A stretch of DNA of 64,000 nucleotides from Kondoa subrosea (taxonomy: Eukaryota). Location of the stretch: contig BCIN01000003.1 in NCBI GenBank assembly GCA_039545335.1, positions 2,303,060 to 2,367,059 on the forward strand, given 5' to 3'. The notes under the pieces were generated by a model. That model was not told where the DNA came from, did not search any database, and was given only the letters and a program-made list of their open reading frames with translations. Below are positions 1 through 10,500 of this stretch, one piece after another. Position 1 is the stretch's first letter; each line of letters starts with the position of its first letter. The translations under genes and the position numbers were made by a program.

Positions 1-2
1 TC

Positions 3-815
3 CCGGATTATAGACCAAAAAGGACTCCTTTACCTGCCAAACTAAAACTTCACAAGCGTTTAGATAGCGAGGAAAAGGGATGTATTGAAGAATATCGATC
101 CATGGTTGGCGAATTGCAGCATGCTGCTCGTTGGTCAAAACCTGAAATAGCTTTTGCTGCATCGCTTCTCGGACAATTCTCAGCAGATCCTAGTATTCAT
201 CATATGAAGGCTGCTGAACATGTCTTCCGCTATCTCTCCGGCAGTCTGAACAGTGGTTTAGTTTACAAAAGAGACGGGAATTCAGTTCCATGCATTTACA
301 CCGATGCTAGTTTCTGTGAAGATCAAGACTTGCGAAAGTCCACTTCCGGCTATTTCAACATTCTTGCTGGAGCTGCAGTAGCGTGGAAATCGCACAAACA
401 GATTGACAATGTAACATCAACAACTCAGGCGGAATTGATTGGCATGTCAGAAGGCGCAACTGAAGCAAAGGCCTGTACCATGCTGATGAACGAATTGGGA
501 ATGGGCTGGAACGGTCCAATGCCTTTCAAGGGTGATAATCAGCCGTCAATCGACCTCATATTCAACCCAATTCACCATGAGAGAACCAAACATGTCGATA
601 TTCGCTACTATTACACGCGAGATCTGCAATCTCAAGGTGTCATTGATGTTACGCATACACCAACCAACGATATGATTGCGGATATGTTGACAAAACCTTT
701 GGGCAAGCAACTTTTGAGGAAGCATGCTGCAGGATGTGGACTTGTTGGCTTAGTCGAAGGGGGAGTTCTAGAGCATGAGGAGAGCGAAGTAGATGAAGAA
801 GAGTTGGACGTATAA
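3..815 (+). CDS. pol: Copia pol C-terminus (RT connection + RNase H), 5'-partial
   Basis: Frame open from base 3; YRSMVG..., YTDASF, STTQAE, KGDNQ, HERTKHVDIRYY, ADMLTKPL; D-E-D-D catalytic residues present. Confidence 0.95.
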   Translation, partial: PDYRPKRTPLPAKLKLHKRLDSEEKGCIEEYRSMVGELQHAARWSKPEIAFAASLLGQFSADPSIHHMKAAEHVFRYLSGSLNSGLVYKRDGNSVPCIYTDASFCEDQDLRKSTSGYFNILAGAAVAWKSHKQIDNVTSTTQAELIGMSEGATEAKACTMLMNELGMGWNGPMPFKGDNQPSIDLIFNPIHHERTKHVDIRYYYTRDLQSQGVIDVTHTPTNDMIADMLTKPLGKQLLRKHAAGCGLVGLVEGGVLEHEESEVDEEELDV

Positions 816-994
816 GGTGTAGAGGGTCGACTCAATCCAAAAGTCACAAGAGTCTCATATTACTAATCAAGAGATGGAGATCCGGAATTCTGCAATCCTT
901 TCTCTTCACTGAACTATATATTGAGAAGGATTGCAGGTAAGTGTACATAATACAGACATAACTGAACTATATATTGAGAAGGATTGCAGTTACA
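766..994 (+). repeat. Putative 3' LTR of copia element A (~229 bp)
   Basis: Follows PPT; TATAA at 811; ends in CA; internal 29 bp direct repeat 908-936/961-989; starts TT rather than TG so the left boundary is uncertain. Confidence 0.6.
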
Positions 995-1838
995 GAACAT
1001 TCCTCCTCTTCATGAATGGCGGAACATCTTGTGGGTATTTCTTGAAACATCTATACTTTCCTTCTTTGTTCCCATCCTCAAAATGACCAGTTTTCTTGCA
1101 GTAATTACATTTGAGTAAAGATCTTCCATTGCGGGAATCGTTGACCCTGCCAGCTAACAGAGCTGTTGCATTCTCTTCACTCTGCCTTCTCTCGAAATCA
1201 AGAATTCTTGATTCGACTGCTAATTCAGACATTTGAGGAAGTTCGTTGACCAAGATCTCTTTCACAATAGCGCAAGATGTCGGAAGATTGGCAACAAGTA
1301 GGAACTTATAGAATAGCGTTGAGACCTTTTCATCTACTTGTTCTAAAGCGGTCTTCCTGTCTCTCATGGCTGTAATGAATTCAGATAGGGTTGAGAATTG
1401 TTCGGGTCGGCAAAAGACAAATGCGTTCATGCGCTGAAATGGTACAGATCCTCCTTTTGGCGAGAATTGTTCTTGAAGTATAGACCATGCATCATAGGAA
1501 GTAGTACAATTCTTGATGTGTACCAGCACTTGATCCGTAACATTCATTCTTATGGATGTCAACGCCAATCGATCACTTCTGCCCCATGCCTTCAGATCAA
1601 TTTCATATTGAGCAAACTTTGGATCCAATTGATCTGAGCCTTTGATATTTGAAGAAGAAGAAGAAGAGAAGATCGGCGCAGTAGGTGGTTTGATCTCTCC
1701 AAGTGCAAAGTCTTCGAGCTGGTACGTTGCCAGGTAATCGCTAATGCGAACTTTCCAATCTGAGTAGTTGGTAGCATTTAATTTCTCTTGTACTTGAAAT
1801 GGCTTATAATTTGGTCGATCGTACAAAGAGGTCGACAT
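990..1838 (-). CDS. gag: Copia Gag, truncated just after the zinc knuckle
   Basis: KLNATNYSDWK N-terminal motif, copia gag-like core (AWSILQEQF), CCHC knuckle CNYCKKTGH...C; the stop codon is supplied by element A's LTR end. Confidence 0.9.
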   Translation of the reverse strand: MSTSLYDRPNYKPFQVQEKLNATNYSDWKVRISDYLATYQLEDFALGEIKPPTAPIFSSSSSSNIKGSDQLDPKFAQYEIDLKAWGRSDRLALTSIRMNVTDQVLVHIKNCTTSYDAWSILQEQFSPKGGSVPFQRMNAFVFCRPEQFSTLSEFITAMRDRKTALEQVDEKVSTLFYKFLLVANLPTSCAIVKEILVNELPQMSELAVESRILDFERRQSEENATALLAGRVNDSRNGRSLLKCNYCKKTGHFEDGNKEGKYRCFKKYPQDVPPFMKRRNVL

Positions 1839-1986
1839 CGTAAGATTGATGTGTGAGATAGATAATATCTCAGATGTAAAGATGATACAGATAGAATTTC
1901 AAGAAATTGAGATGATATTGATCCACTCAGTTGAGCAAATTTGAGATTCAAATGAAAATTTGCTGAAGGTCAGAGGAGCGCGCCAA

Positions 1987-1997
1987 GGCTCATAACC
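1987..1997 (-). promoter_or_regulatory. Primer-binding site GGTTATGAGCC (copia-type, internal tRNA-iMet fragment primer)
   Basis: Directly after LTR end ...AACA; resembles the GGTTATGRGCC PBS of copia-like elements. Confidence 0.8.
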
Positions 1998-2278
1998 TGT
2001 TATTCACTGGAGTTCCTCTGATTAGAATGGATGACATTTATACACAAGCTATCTACCTGGAGTTCCTCTGATTAGAATGGATGAGGAACTCCTACCCGTA
2101 ATTCCACCTTGTGATCCTGCTTCCGTTTCATATTCCGAATTCCCGAGTCTTCCCTTATACTCCCTTATACTGAGATGAACGACAAACCTCACAGTTATGG
2201 TCAGCGCCTTCTGGCTTATTTGTATTGACCTTCACTGCCAACTAGCTAGCTACACAAGCAGCGCGTTTATCTTCAACA
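1998..2278 (-). repeat. 5' LTR of copia element B (281 bp)
   Basis: TGTT...AACA termini, duplicated GTATAAGGGA TATA-like motif, 28 bp direct repeat 2007-2034/2057-2084, adjacent PBS. Confidence 0.82.
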
Positions 2279-4695
2279 ATTATCCAGGAATGACGTCTAA
2301 GCCGAATTCAGGCAATTGCAGAAATATAGGACGCCTCCAGCATGCGGTGGCCCGAGACTTCTTCATCTTGTGAGTTGCATAGTGAGATACAGTAGTGCGA
2401 AGGACGAAGCCATGCATATTCAGATGCTGCGTCCAAAGCTTGTCAGAGGGACACAATACAACGATTCTGCCGATTCTATGCGCCCGTCTGAGTGCATCCG
2501 GATGGACATGAAGAGGTTGTCTTATCGATTGCGGACAATTCACAGCAAATTTCTGTAGAAGTCAGCAGAGTTTTTGCACCTAACGAACAAGATTTTAGAC
2601 TTAAAAGAAGCCTATTAGTATTGTTTTTTGACATTTTGCTACAGATTCTCTAATGAACGAGCTAGATTTGTGACTGAGGAGGCGAGTAAAGCAACGAGAC
2701 CAGCGAACTCTCGGTGGACCTGTAGGATTAACATAACGGTTGTTCTAGTAAGGAAGAAAACTTGCGAAGTTTAACGATGCAAACTACATGATCAATGAAA
2801 GTCGCTCAGACCCTTGTTTCCCATTGCTTTTACATGGCCAACAGCAAGCTTTTATACGAAGAACCGGATTGGGTGTGTTCTCTAATCTGCTTATGGGCAA
2901 TAAGAAGTAGTAGTCATTCGGTGAGCTGACCAGATACAATCACCGCTGTAAGTACTGTAGCGTTCCACGTCTGATGGGTCTCTCTATGAATCTAGAGAGC
3001 TTCCACCAGTTGCAAAGTAGATTAGCAGGTGAACGTGAATGCTGAAGAGCGAAGATGCAGGTGCAGGGAACAGGAAAGTGTCTGAAGGCTTTGAATTGCA
3101 AGAAAGAATGTGGAATCCGAGCAAGAGCTGTAAGAGCTGCTTGCATTGTCCAGAGTTTTTTGGAAGCGCTTTTCCAAAGATGTTTAGTCTACAGATTATT
3201 CGACCGGGTTCGTGAACCTTCATCAAAGGTTAACCGGTTCCTAAAGGACAGTGTTCTGCCCATTGAGTGAGGGTATCATACACCGAACCGTTGTTGCGAA
3301 AGCAAGACCAACGCTTAGATTGACACTTGCATGAGAGGAGAGACGAGAATTGAATTTTAAGGAGTGTCAGCGAGAGCGAGTGAGTGAATAGATCCGAGTG
3401 AGAGTGAAGAGGTTGCAGCTATCATGCCCATCCCGACACGCTCGTATAATGTTTCTTTAAGTCAATCGGATTGAAGAGTAAGATGTCGTAAAACAGGGCG
3501 AAGAAAGGTTGGTAGCGCTCACCGTACAAGTTGAAAATCTGTGCTCCTTGTCGACTCCAGATATCCGATTCTACGGCTGATGTTCCACGGCTAATGATGG
3601 GCTGACCTACCATCATTCTTCGGCACAACTAGTCCATTAAACATTTTAAAACTGTCCTTGGTCATTGAAGGATCAAAAGAGGTGGACGAACGGTAAAGCC
3701 CCTCCAGTAATGGCGTTCCAAGACCGGCTTACTCAACAGGGCGAATCTGAAAGGGATGCCGAATAGTATAGTGGAAGACACGGGCAAATAACAGTTATTT
3801 GTTAAATTGCGAGTTACTCATGAAGTTTGACTGTCGACGATCTAGACAAAGCCTGCACGGGGTACAGAAAAAAAAACCATAGGGACGATACTAGAATCAG
3901 ATCTACCACCAAGAAGGAAGGTTTGACGGAAAGAGAACACAAAAACCACGACATGCAATCTCACACTCCTGACAGTATTCGCACGCAACATAAAGAAGGC
4001 TGCTACGAAGGCTGCTGTAGGAGTCACCTTGCAACAGTGCCATCGTACGTAAAATATCTTCTGGTACCATTAATAGACAGGCTAGAAGGGTGAGGCGGAA
4101 AAATCCGCTCCATGCCGGGACCTCGCCTCAAGACCATCTTGAGCACAGAATGTTATATCACCTGGAGTCGGTAGAAGTCGCGGAAAGTATCGCTCGATCA
4201 TGTCAACAACGGATTGTTCGATAAACATATGCTTGTACGTGTGTGCGTGTCTCAGTCGAGTCTAGACGCGAATTGTGTGACTTAGCATCTTGTGTGCGAT
4301 TTTGATTCACCGCCGGATTTTGGCAGACTTTTTGGCAGACTTCTTGCGCTTGAAAAATTCTACTGTAGTCAGTCCCTTTGGCCTGCTCACGGGCAGCATA
4401 GCACAAGTAACTGATTGATTTGACTGTGCGCTGCGGTTGCATCTTTGCCGTGTTAGCTGTTCCACTCCGATAGCGGGTGCAAGCTAGAGCATTTCCCTGA
4501 TTGATCTAGTATATTCGGGATGGCCCTGTGGCTCTTCGCTCTGTAGCGGCATCGCACTTTGATCAAAGCTCATAGTATACATTCACTGATAGCGGTTAAT
4601 TTGACGATGGAATGTTTTAACACTGATGTCGCTTGGGCAAACATTGATGCCAAATGCTCAACGTAGCGCCTGGTCGACCGAGTCTTTGATTTTGA

Positions 4696-5136
4696 CTAGC
4701 GCGCGACGGCAGCTCCAGCAGCTGAGACCTGTTTCTCGCCAACTAGAACGTAATCGAAGCTGATGCTCCTCAGCTTGTTTCGAGGACTAAATGTCAGCTA
4801 CCACCCGTCCGCATCCTTGATCAATGATTTGGTGATTATGCCTGGAATTAGATCCGATCGTACGCTTCCAAGATTGCGAGAGGTTTCAGTCGATAAATTT
4901 GCGAAAGTGACCGGGACATCGCCAAGCCATTGCGTTGCTTCTTCAACCTTGCCCGATGCTACATGCTTGAATACGTCGCAATCAACCTCAAGCCCCAATG
5001 CTTTGATGCGAGACTCTTCGAATAGATTTTTATGACCAATAATGAGATGCGCGGCAGGAGTGAAAGCTGCCTTCTTTGCAAAGGTAAGGGTAGTCATAGT
5101 GCGAGCTGAATATTTGTTGGTGGTGAACTTGAACAT
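4696..5136 (-). pseudogene. Truncated duplicate of the aminopeptidase 5' end (exon 1, diverged intron, part of exon 2)
   Basis: Exon 1 identical to 11875-12206; TAG at 4698-4696; no catalytic domain follows. Confidence 0.8.
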
Positions 5137-5238
5137 ACCTATAGCGCTATTGCATGACGTTGACCCAACACCACGAATGAAATGCGCATGAGTTACGACA
5201 AAGACAGACGCAGTGCATCCAGTCGTCACGAGCTCGTA
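4699..5238 (-). repeat. Left arm of inverted repeat (copy of 11772-12316)
   Basis: 4805-5182 is the exact reverse complement of 11829-12206 (378 bp); flanks align with mismatches and indels. Confidence 0.97.
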
Positions 5239-5854
5239 TTGACTTAACATTCCTGGTGATGGGCCCGGTCCATACCGCGAAGCTAAAAAGTAATTGGTCA
5301 GACCTGCACATGATGATGTGAACTCATCTACCCTTCGGGAAGCTACGACATATGCTCCGTCAGCCCTATACTGCATTGAGCTCCGCCAGCGAGAACTGCT
5401 CCGGTCCTTATACAAAGCAGACCACCAAAAACCCGATCAGATATCTGTCCAGTTTTGCTGTTAGCATTGATGCCGAATGCTTTCGCAGAAGCAGACATGT
5501 AAGAAACGTTCGCTTTGACTGATCCAGTATATCCAACCAAGCCTTTGAGAGCTCCGCTGGCACAGCTTCGCATCATGACGCTCATGTATGCGAGTCCTCT
5601 TGATTGTGTGCCATAATCAAGCTCAATCCGACAGCTGTTCTGCTTTCATCTGCAGGTAAGATGGCTGCATCGATAGCTCGCCTGTGGCCCATTCCGCTGA
5701 AGTAGCTGAAAGCAGCAATATCTGTGCGCAGATTGTACAGATGAGAAGGACACAAGGCCAAATGTCGACACATTGCTTCGCCATGCAGCTCTGAGCCACT
5801 GACAGTCAGATTCCGGGCGGTCGTCGTTTCACCAAAACCACCGAGAACTTTGGG

Positions 5855-7512
5855 ATGAGCGTTTTTGAACCCATTGGTCAGTTCGGTCGCGCCTAAATCA
5901 CAGCACATACTGACTCGAATGGGTAGTCCTGCCATTCTTGGCTCCGAAGTTTCATCAGCCAGGCAAATCATCTGGCATTACAGGTCGGAAAATTTGTTCC
6001 TGTTGCTTTAACGAAGGCTGATGCCTTCGAGATACAGCTCCAGCTACAAAAACCATTTTTCAGGCCGGTCCAGCTTTCTTGGGTCACGCACGAAGAGTTG
6101 TTGGGAACCGTACATTCGAACAAGATGATCAAATTGAAGCAGATCATGAATCTCGTCATGGCACTCCTGTCGACACCGGCAGCGATGACGAAGATCCAGT
6201 AGAGAGTGAACCAGAATCGGCAGCCTTGCTCAACTTGGATCCAAAAGAGTGGAAGGTGAGCTCTCATATGTTGCATCTATGGCTTCTCAAGTGCAAGTTT
6301 CCTGTAGCAACAAGATCACTATGCTGTGCTTGGTCTCTCAAATCTTCGCTGGAGAGCTACCCAAGGTCAAATCAAAAAGGCCCATCGCAAGAAAGTTTTG
6401 AAGCACCATCCTGACAAGAAGGCATCTCAAGCACATGACGCCAACGACGATTCGTTCTTCAAGTGCATTGCTAAAGCCCATGAAATCCTGTCTAACAAGA
6501 CGAAGAGACGTCAGTTTGATTCGGTTGATCCAGCCATTGATAATGAAGACTTCCCCCACAAAACGATTAAACCGGAACAGTTCTTTGCGGCCTGGGGGCC
6601 AGTCTTTGCTCGCGAATGTCGTTTCGGTGAAGACCCTTCAAAAGCGCCTCAACTTGGTGACATCAACAGCAGCAAAGCTCACGTCGAAGGTTTCTATGAT
6701 TACTGGTACAACTTCCAATCTTGGAGGAGCTTTGAATACGACGATAAAGAGGTCAACGAAGGATCAGACAGGTATTTGCATTGTGCCGCCGCTTGACGCC
6801 GACTTATGGCATAATCTAGTCGCGACGACAAACGGTACGCCGAGAAGAAGAACAAGTCTGAACGCGCTCGAAAAAAGAAGGAGGACAACACTCGCCTACG
6901 AACGATTGTCGATTCCGCTTTGGCTACCGATCCTCGTATCAAGAAGTTCAAGCAAGAAGAAAAGGCTGCAAGAGATGCCAAGCGCAAGCCTAAAGCTGCT
7001 GAAGCGGTCAAGGTGGATCCTAGGAAAAAGGCAGAAGAAGAGAAAGCTGCCGCTGCGGAAGCACAAAAGAAATCTGCTGATGAAAAGGTTCGTTACATCA
7101 TAGACCAATCAGCTTGTTGCGAACTGGAATTGTCCTGCTTCAGGTGGCTCGAGATGCTGCAAAGAAGACAAAAGAAGCTGCCAAGAAGAATCTCAAGCGA
7201 GACAAAAAAGCAGTAAGTTAGGCTCCCTCTACCTGTGGCTGAATTCACCTATGATCTCTGTTTGTGCGATGACAGATTGCAGCTCAGGTCACCACTCTCA
7301 ATTACTTCTACTTGCCGGGTCAACCAGTTCCTGCTCTCTCGGTGGAGGGGTATTTGACTGAGCTCGATCGAATTCTTGACGCCCAGGAACTTGAAGATGT
7401 TGCTACCTTACGGGCTGAGACGGATAAGTCAAAAGACGACGGGGCAAAAGTCAAAGCTGCACTTGCACAGGCTGGCGCCGCTAAAGGTGTGGAACTAAAA
7501 TACTTTGCATAA
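5855..7512 (+). CDS. ZUO1: Zuotin, ribosome-associated J-domain protein (spliced)
   Basis: AGPAFLGHARR..RTFEQ N-terminus, J domain with HHPDK, FYDYWYNFQSWRSFEY, DPRIKKFKQEEK; GT-AG introns. Confidence 0.95.
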
Positions 7513-7513
7513 A

Positions 7514-10500
7514 TCAATTTAGATACTTTCTGCATGTCGGTGCTCCGCAAAGGCATGGAATCTGCGCATACATATGAGCAGGACATAAAAATATTGTCTC
7601 CACCTCGCACCTTTAGCTCTTCGGCTTCGGAAGCAAACTTGTAGTCTACGATCGGTCAATTAGCAATGATCTAGGTCGCATGACTATCTCACCATATGTT
7701 ATCTCTTCGCCCGGACTGATGACTGCGTTGACAGATGGATTAGCTCGACAGACTAGAACAGATAGCGCAACTTACGTTGCCGGGCATAGATGACAATTTT
7801 CTTGTTGCCTTGAATCGTGATAATTTTAGCTATGCAATTGGGATTGCAGGAGTGATTAATGAGTCGACTATTCGACAGTCTCAGCAATAGACAACTCAGT
7901 ACAGAATCTTGCATACCTCATACTGCCTTTCTTAGTTGCATCCACTACCCAATCATCATCGACTCGGAAGAGGTACGAGCTACCGATGCCCATGCGTTCG
8001 TAATTCTTCTCTCTGCGATCGGCGATTTGTTGCCTGTGCATTCTGATCAGCACGATCGACGAGGACTGACGAGGTTGTGGCACCTGATGAGTTCCCCAAC
8101 GTATTCTACTATTAGGTCGCCAGGTGGTATCGCTTCCATAGCATAGAGTCCTGATATCGGACGTAAGTAAGCTTAATGATCGATAGAAACCGTACGCTCA
8201 CCCCAGTCGTCTGGATTCATAAAAATTAATTTAAAGGTCGACCGCAAAGGTGAGCGAGAACTCACGGATAGGACTTCTAGCAAATTTGAGTTGCTTCTTT
8301 CGGACCCTCAACTGATTGAATTTCAGCACATCTGTGTCACTAGCTGCTGCTTTGCGTTGCTGCTCAATGCCGTGGACTAGTGCTCTGGTTGAGGCACGAG
8401 CATTGCGCGACACAGAGATTGACGAATTGGCGTTGCTAACATCCACCATGGCTCGATTGCGCTGCGGAAGATAGGACGATTTCTGAGCAGCTGCAATTTT
8501 ATAGTATCCTTCGGTTCGAGCGCTGCCAGTTTGATGCGGCCCCTCGTCGGCTTGCGCGTCGACTCCAATAGCAGGTGTCCTCGAGGTTGCGCTTTGAACG
8601 CGCAGTCGCTCGATTGCCATGCGCAGAAAATACAAATCCTCTTCGTCGCTAGCCAGGCCGCATTCGAAAGGGTCGTTCTCAAGTCGATGAGCTTTGTTCT
8701 GGTTTCGGGCCGGGACAATTTGCTTGGAAGTGATGATACTAGAAGCTGGAAGCAAGCTGGCGGACAGAGGCACTTGCAATCGAGCTTGGACGGGCGCCGC
8801 GGATGGCTGCTTGACCGGCTCATCTTCGCCTTCGCTACTAGTATAGTCAATCTTCCGCAGCTTTGCTGGTTTTCTGCGGATGGCTTGATCGACCGGATCC
8901 TTCTGCGCCGCTTCAATGGCACGATTGAGTGCATCATCATCGATAGGTTGATTGCTGCGCGCAGCTGCCTTTACGGACAGCAGAGACGAATTCTCTGCGA
9001 TCTCCTCTTCGGACTGCTCTTGCTCGGAGGAGTCCAGATCCATTGACACCGCTGGACGTGTATCGGTTTTGCCGGCAATTGATATTTCACGCCGTATTGA
9101 GGAAGTACCAGAAGCTAAATCCTCGTCACCCATTGATTCTGAAAAGATAGATTCCGAGTCAGCTCGAAGGGATGAGTCGTCTGTCCAAGATCGCCGCGGT
9201 AAGGGATGTTTGCCCTTGCCATGCGAGTCGTGTCGTTTCAAAGTATTGCCCTGCGAATGAGGAGATTGAGATACCCTGCCAGATCGTTGCGGCGAACCGA
9301 CCTGGGGAAGGTCTGAAGATCGGTGTCGAGCGAAAGATGGCAACTTCACTTTTCCGCCGATCTGCAGTTGATTCGAAGATGAAGCCCCTCCTTCCTCGTT
9401 CTTGACCGCTCCGTCAGCGGGAACCATCATCGGGGTTGATGAAACCGTATTGACAAGCACAGAAGTAGCCGAAGCCGGATTAGATTTGGAAGCCTTCTTC
9501 TGGTCGAGGTATTGTTGCACCACTGGCGGCGCGAAGCGATGCAATAAGTCACGCTGAAAAGCTTCTCGTAATTCACCGATGATTAAGTGGCAGGCTGTGT
9601 CGATCGCTTGAGCTTTATTCTGCTCTGGCGTCATTGATGGTCCTTGGTCCCAGCGGCTCGTCCGTCCATTGTGTAGCTTCAGCGCCAGTGGCATATTACC
9701 AAACAACTTTCTGTCCATCACAAGATGGCAACGTCCTGCGGCTTCTGAACTGTCAAAAAGTATGTACCACGTTTCGGCATTTTGAAGAACCTGGTACGAC
9801 CAAGCAGCACGTCAGCTGAAGAGAAGCTAGCTGCAACATACATTATACCTTGCTTGGCAGAAAGTCTTTGAAATGCTCGCGAAGCTGCCTCTCAATCATA
9901 TAGCCACTACCCGGCGCTTTTAACAGAGTACTGTCCATTTTGCTGATCGATATATAGCCAAAAGTATTCGACCGTAGTTGGAACTCGACATTTGCCAACG
10001 GCTCTGCGCTAGTAGAAGGTGAAAGCATCTGCAAGTGCCCATCTTGAGACATTCCCGGGGTTGCGCGCATATCTTGCTTCGTTTTCGAGGTCCCAACGGC
10101 GCTTCTAGGGTAGAAGACCTTATCCGCTTCTCTCCGCTTCGACACGTCGGTATCGTCTGTGTCATCTTCCGAGGAAGAATCGGAGTAATACCTGTTGTGG
10201 ATATCGGAACTTCTATTTGAAGAAGGCAGCCGCGTCTGCAAACGAGATTGGGAAGATTGTAGTTTAGGCACATTTGGCGACACATGAGGCATGGGCCCAT
10301 CCGTCGTTTTCTTCCAAGGCGAAGTTCGATCTCGCATCAGTTTCGGTGCGCTTGGTATTGCAGGATCGCTACAATCTTCTTCCCGGGTGCGCTCGACTTT
10401 AGTAGCGGACGATTGATGATCTGATTCGCGAGAGACGCTACTAGAGAGTCTCTGGAGAGTGTGCTCATCGATTCTGCGCAATCTTCGGTCGGCGGAGCCC

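Larger units (their letters stand above)
1..994 (+). mobile_element. Ty1/copia LTR retrotransposon A, 3' part (RT end, RNase H, PPT, 3' LTR); begins before the window
   Basis: Copia pol motifs, purine tract GAAGGGGGAG at 756-765, LTR-like segment ending ...TTACA at 994 that abuts an opposite-strand gag. Confidence 0.88.
995..2278 (-). mobile_element. Ty1/copia LTR retrotransposon B, 5' part (LTR, PBS, gag), interrupted by element A
   Basis: LTR 2278-1998, PBS 1997-1987, gag ORF 1838-990. Confidence 0.88.

Noticed and set aside
908..989. CRISPR-like repeat-spacer-repeat
   Set aside because: Only two units, eukaryotic LTR context, no cas genes
890..2092. Hammerhead ribozymes in the LTR repeats
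   Set aside because: No CUGANGA...GAAA core on either strand
1..2278. Single ambisense retroelement with gag and pol on opposite strands
   Set aside because: Two different LTRs and a gag stop created at an LTR end are better explained by nested insertion
4082..4108. Helitron 3' end (minus-strand hairpin then CTAG) capturing the gene fragment
   Set aside because: Stem only about 5 bp, CTAG not followed by T, and capture would not explain the identical core with diverged edges
5188..5247. Second SET1 gene
   Set aside because: Only the first ~15 codons are duplicated, then a frameshift and stop
2280..5850. Mating-type genes (homeodomain, CAAX pheromone, STE3) or a recombinase near the inverted repeat
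   Set aside because: No WFxNxR motif, CAAX-stop peptide, 7TM ORF or recombinase motif found by eye; highly diverged genes cannot be excluded
8377..9405. Overlapping alternate-frame and antisense ORFs in SET1 (and similar ones throughout the ORF track)
   Set aside because: Shadow ORFs of real coding exons with no independent motifs
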